Assembly: GCA_963796285.1 (NCBI GenBank)
Contig: CAWCKW010000012.1
Location: 928,001 to 992,000, forward strand
Source of the DNA: Nitrospirota bacterium
Lineage (GTDB): Bacteria; Nitrospirota; UBA9217
Direction: 5' to 3'
DNA: 64,000 nt
Below are positions 60,696-64,000 of this stretch, piece by piece. The notes under the pieces are model-generated. The model did no database searches. It was not told the DNA's origin and worked only from the letters and a program-made list of their open reading frames with translations. Every line of letters starts with the position of its first letter. Within the stretch, counting starts at the first letter, position 1. The translations under genes and the position numbers were made by a program.

Positions 60696-61307
60696 ATGTC
60701 AGAACCGTGCTGCAGTATCCGCGTCGGCCAGGCCGTGCCCGATTTCAAGCTCGATACCTACGACCCATCCCAGGGTGATTTTGGCGAGATCACCCTCTCC
60801 TCCCAGAAAGCCGCAAAGAAGTGGACCATCCTTTTCTTCTACCCTGCGGACTTTACGTTCGTTTGCGCGACCGAGTTCGCCGCCCTGGCCGAGCAGTATG
60901 AGGAATTCAAAAAACTCGGGGCAGAGGTCATTACCGTAAGCACTGACACCAAATTCGTCCACCTCGCCTGGCAGCGGGACGAGAAGATGCTCGAGAAGGC
61001 CAAATATCCCATGGGGTCCGACCGGACCGGCTCGCTCGCCCGCATCTTTGGCGTCTACGACGAAGCTTCGGGCAACGCGCTCCGTGGCTCATTCATCATT
61101 AATCCCGAAGGCACCCTTCTCAATGCTGAAGTGAATTTCTACAATTTAGGCAGGAATATGGAAGAACTGCTCCGCAAGTTCAGGGCGAATATCCATCTCG
61201 CTTCGAACCCGAGCGAGGTCTGCCCTGCCCAGTGGAAAAAGGAAGGCGACAAAACCCTGAAACCGTCCGCCCGGATCGTTGGAAAGATCTATGAGGCCCT
61301 GAAATAA
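60696..61307 (+). CDS. ahpC: 2-Cys peroxiredoxin (AhpC family)
   Basis: FYPADFTFVCATE, GRN..E.LR, EVCPAQW. Confidence 0.9.
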   Translation: MSEPCCSIRVGQAVPDFKLDTYDPSQGDFGEITLSSQKAAKKWTILFFYPADFTFVCATEFAALAEQYEEFKKLGAEVITVSTDTKFVHLAWQRDEKMLEKAKYPMGSDRTGSLARIFGVYDEASGNALRGSFIINPEGTLLNAEVNFYNLGRNMEELLRKFRANIHLASNPSEVCPAQWKKEGDKTLKPSARIVGKIYEALK

Positions 61308-61311
61308 CGCC

Positions 61312-61713
61312 ATGTTGGTGACCAGAGAGACAGATTACGCGGTACGCACGGCCCTGTATTTGGCCCAACAGGACGGCCGAATGGTGAGCGTTACGGAAAT
61401 AGCGCATGCGATGCACATCCCGAAAAGCTTTCTAGCCAAACTCCTGCAGCGGCTGGTGCGAAGCCATATACTGGCATCCTCGCGCGGGGCCAAAGGCGGT
61501 TTTCTGCTCGCACGGAAGCCATCCGAAATAAGCCTCCTTTCCATCATGGAAGCGATGCAGGGGCCTGCCGGTATCAACGTCTGCGCGATCGACAGCAAAA
61601 GGTGCCGATTGAGCTCTACTTGTGCCGTACACCCGGTTTGGGTTGAAATCCGAAAGGATGTCGAGAAACGGCTCAAGAGGGAAACGATCGGCAAGCTGGC
61701 CGGAGTGCGTTGA
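61312..61713 (+). CDS. Rrf2-family regulator
   Basis: RETDYAVR, FLAKLLQRL, RGAKGGF, three Cys. Confidence 0.9.
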   Translation: MLVTRETDYAVRTALYLAQQDGRMVSVTEIAHAMHIPKSFLAKLLQRLVRSHILASSRGAKGGFLLARKPSEISLLSIMEAMQGPAGINVCAIDSKRCRLSSTCAVHPVWVEIRKDVEKRLKRETIGKLAGVR

Positions 61714-61801
61714 CCGTACCGACTATTTTTTTCGTTTAAGATTAGGACCATCTCACTCATATACTTATGGTACGTATCTTTTTACAAGGAGGACTATTAC
61801 T

Positions 61802-63151
61802 ATGGATGTGGTAACACTCAGCAGACTGCAGTTTGCCCTCACGAGCATGTTTCACTGGATCTTTGTACCGCTCACGCTGGGGCTCTCGATCATGACGGCC
61901 TACATGGAAACACGGTACGTGATGAGCGGCGACGAGATGTATCTCAGGATGACGAAATTCTGGGGCAAGCTGTTCCTCATCAATTTCGCCCTCGGTATCG
62001 TAACGGGCATTACCCTGGAGTTCCAGTTCGGCATGAACTGGGCAGAATATTCCAAGTACGTGGGCGATATTTTCGGCGCGCCCCTTGCCATCGAAGCAAC
62101 CATGGCCTTCTTTCTCGAATCGGTGTTCATCGGCCTCTGGATCTTCGGATGGAACAAGATTTCGAAAAAGGCCCATGCCGTCTCCATCTGGCTCGTGGCC
62201 CTGGCAACGAACCTCTCCGCGCTCTGGATCCTGCTGGCGAACGGTTGGATGCAGCATCCGGTGGGATACGTGCTCCGGAACAACCGCGCGGAGATGGTGG
62301 ATTTTGGCGCCTTTCTTACAAACCCTTACGGCTGGCTCAAATTCGGGCACACGCTCACCTCGGGCTACGTTGTGGCCGCGTTCTTCGTCATGGGCGTATC
62401 GGCCTATCACCTGTTAAAAAAGAACCAACCGGAGTTCTTTAAACGGTCCTTCACCATAGCAGCGATCTTCGGCCTGGCAGCGACCATCGCCGTTGCGGCG
62501 ATCGGCGATTTCCATGCAGTGGAGGTCGCTAAAACGCAGCCGGCCAAGTTTGCCGCCATGGAATCGCTCTGGGAGACCCAGAAAAACGTGGGATACAATC
62601 TCTTTATCATCCCGGACACGGAAAATGAATGCAACTCGCTGGAAGGCCCCTGCGTGCCAAATATGCTGAGCTACCTTGCCTTCCATACCGCTGATGCCGA
62701 GATCAAGGGCCTGAAGGCCTTCCCGAAAGAAGACCGTCCGCCGGTGCTGCCCACCTTCTGGAGCTTCAAGATCATGCTCCTGCTCGGCTTTGCCATGCTC
62801 TTTCTGTCGCTCCTGGCGGTCGTCTACGCAAAGCGGGGAACGCTGGAGCTCCATCCCCTGTTCCTGACGATCATGCTCTTCTCTATTCCCCTGCCCTACA
62901 TCGCGGGGCAGCTCGGCTGGATCGTTGCCGAGGTGGGGAGACAGCCCTGGATTGTTTACGGGGTCATGAGGACCACCCATGCAGTATCGCAGTCCATCAG
63001 TCCGCTGCAGGTCTACGCGTCGCTTCTGGGCTTTACCCTGCTCTACGGAGGGCTTGGCGTGGTCGATATGTACCTGCTGTCGAAGTTCGCGAAAAAGGGT
63101 CCTGACAAAGATCGTTCCGGTTTCATGAAACCGGCGAAGGAGGAGGCATAA
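61802..63151 (+). CDS. cydA: Cytochrome bd ubiquinol oxidase subunit I
   Basis: LSRLQFA..FH, EFQFG.NW, QPAKFAAME, EVGRQPW. Confidence 0.96.
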   Translation: MDVVTLSRLQFALTSMFHWIFVPLTLGLSIMTAYMETRYVMSGDEMYLRMTKFWGKLFLINFALGIVTGITLEFQFGMNWAEYSKYVGDIFGAPLAIEATMAFFLESVFIGLWIFGWNKISKKAHAVSIWLVALATNLSALWILLANGWMQHPVGYVLRNNRAEMVDFGAFLTNPYGWLKFGHTLTSGYVVAAFFVMGVSAYHLLKKNQPEFFKRSFTIAAIFGLAATIAVAAIGDFHAVEVAKTQPAKFAAMESLWETQKNVGYNLFIIPDTENECNSLEGPCVPNMLSYLAFHTADAEIKGLKAFPKEDRPPVLPTFWSFKIMLLLGFAMLFLSLLAVVYAKRGTLELHPLFLTIMLFSIPLPYIAGQLGWIVAEVGRQPWIVYGVMRTTHAVSQSISPLQVYASLLGFTLLYGGLGVVDMYLLSKFAKKGPDKDRSGFMKPAKEEA

Positions 63152-63152
63152 C

Positions 63153-64000
63153 ATGGAATTCCAAGTAACGTGGTTCATTCTCTGGGCGGTCCTGTGGGCA
63201 GTGTACTTCATGCTCGACGGCTTCGTGCTCGGCACGGGCATGCTGCACTATTTCCTTACGCGGAACGATCGCGAAAAAAAGGTCCTGATCAACACCGTCG
63301 GCCCGGTCTGGGATGGGAACGAGGTCTGGCTCGTGACCGCAGGCGGAGCAACCTTTGCCGCTTTCCCGAAGACCTATGCGTTGATGTTCAGTTATCTCTA
63401 CTCTGCTCTGCTGCTCCTGCTCTTCGGTCTCATTATCCGCGGAGTTTCCCTGGAATTCCGCGGCAAGATAAACAGCAACGGATGGAAAAAAGCATGGGAC
63501 CTGGGGATCTTCCTTGGCAGCGTACTTCCCGCGCTCCTGTTCGGCGTGGCCTTCGGCAACATATTCAGCGGCCTGCCCATGGACGCGGCCGGCTACCATG
63601 GTTCGATTCTTTCGCTGCTGAATCCCTACGGTTTGTTGACCGGCGCCTTGTTCGTCGTGATGTTCCTGACCCACGGCAGCCTGTACGCATGCGTAAAGAC
63701 CGAGGGTGAGCTCAGTCTCCGTTCATCGGTCACAGCGAACAGACTGTGGTTCGCAGAGCTGATCATTGCCGTCCTGTTCCTCGTCGCCACGGCCTTTTCC
63801 ACCAGGCTCTACGATAATTATCTGAGCACACCGCTGCTCCTCGCCGTACCGCTCCTTGCCGTGGCCGCGCTCGTCGGCATCAAGGTCTTCCTTGCCAAAG
63901 GAAGCCCCCTGATGGCCTTTGCCTCGTCGTGCCTGACCATCCTGATGGTGGTGTTCACCGGCGTAGTCGGGCTTTTCCCGAACCTGATCCCGTCCAGCAT
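63153..64000 (+). CDS. cydB: Cytochrome bd oxidase subunit II (runs off window)
   Basis: MEFQVTWF..YFMLDGF..G, GPVWDGNEVWL..AGG..FAAFP; open to window end. Confidence 0.93.
   Translation, partial: MEFQVTWFILWAVLWAVYFMLDGFVLGTGMLHYFLTRNDREKKVLINTVGPVWDGNEVWLVTAGGATFAAFPKTYALMFSYLYSALLLLLFGLIIRGVSLEFRGKINSNGWKKAWDLGIFLGSVLPALLFGVAFGNIFSGLPMDAAGYHGSILSLLNPYGLLTGALFVVMFLTHGSLYACVKTEGELSLRSSVTANRLWFAELIIAVLFLVATAFSTRLYDNYLSTPLLLAVPLLAVAALVGIKVFLAKGSPLMAFASSCLTILMVVFTGVVGLFPNLIPSS

Noticed and set aside
1-64000. tRNA, rRNA, IS transposase or prophage genes
   Set aside because: None recognised by eye; a tRNAscan/ISEScan run would be needed to exclude them formally

Overview
Bacterial chromosomal window of moderate GC. 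Gene style suggests Nitrospirota or a Desulfobacterota-like anaerobe/microaerophile (inference only). Layout: (1) 0.1-7.5 kb copper/metal and thiol-redox envelope cluster (TlpA, YtkA-like lipoprotein, beta-barrels, NosL, CopC, extended CopD); (2) 7.6-20.7 kb molybdenum genes, a MacAB-TolC operon, CDF transporter, mqnA, deaminase, Rrf2; (3) 21.0-26.9 kb tandem array of three paralogous surface lipoproteins with 0, 2 and 6 Ig-like repeats and a shared FN3-like tip. Each gene is preceded by tandem CRP-type boxes and a GEMM-I (c-di-GMP-I family) riboswitch with A at the ligand-discriminating position 20, the 3',3'-cGAMP-type signature; two copies are complete and one has lost its P2 helix. This is the most interesting system here; (4) 27-32.8 kb Fur-boxed iron locus (fur, feoB, DtxR-FeoA, two outer-membrane barrels, decayed feoA-feoA-feoB); (5) 32.9-47 kb nearly intact housekeeping block (gpmI, rlmH, rsfS, nadD, proA, proB, obgE, rpmA, rplU, prmA); (6) 47-59 kb accessory region with an exported 18-Cys protein, an orphan norB fragment and a dead integron (internally deleted intI, attC sites, cassette-type genes); (7) ahpC-rrf2-cydAB running off the end. 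Many accessory genes carry single-base frameshifts that could be sequencing errors. All family calls come from motif recognition by eye, not database searches.
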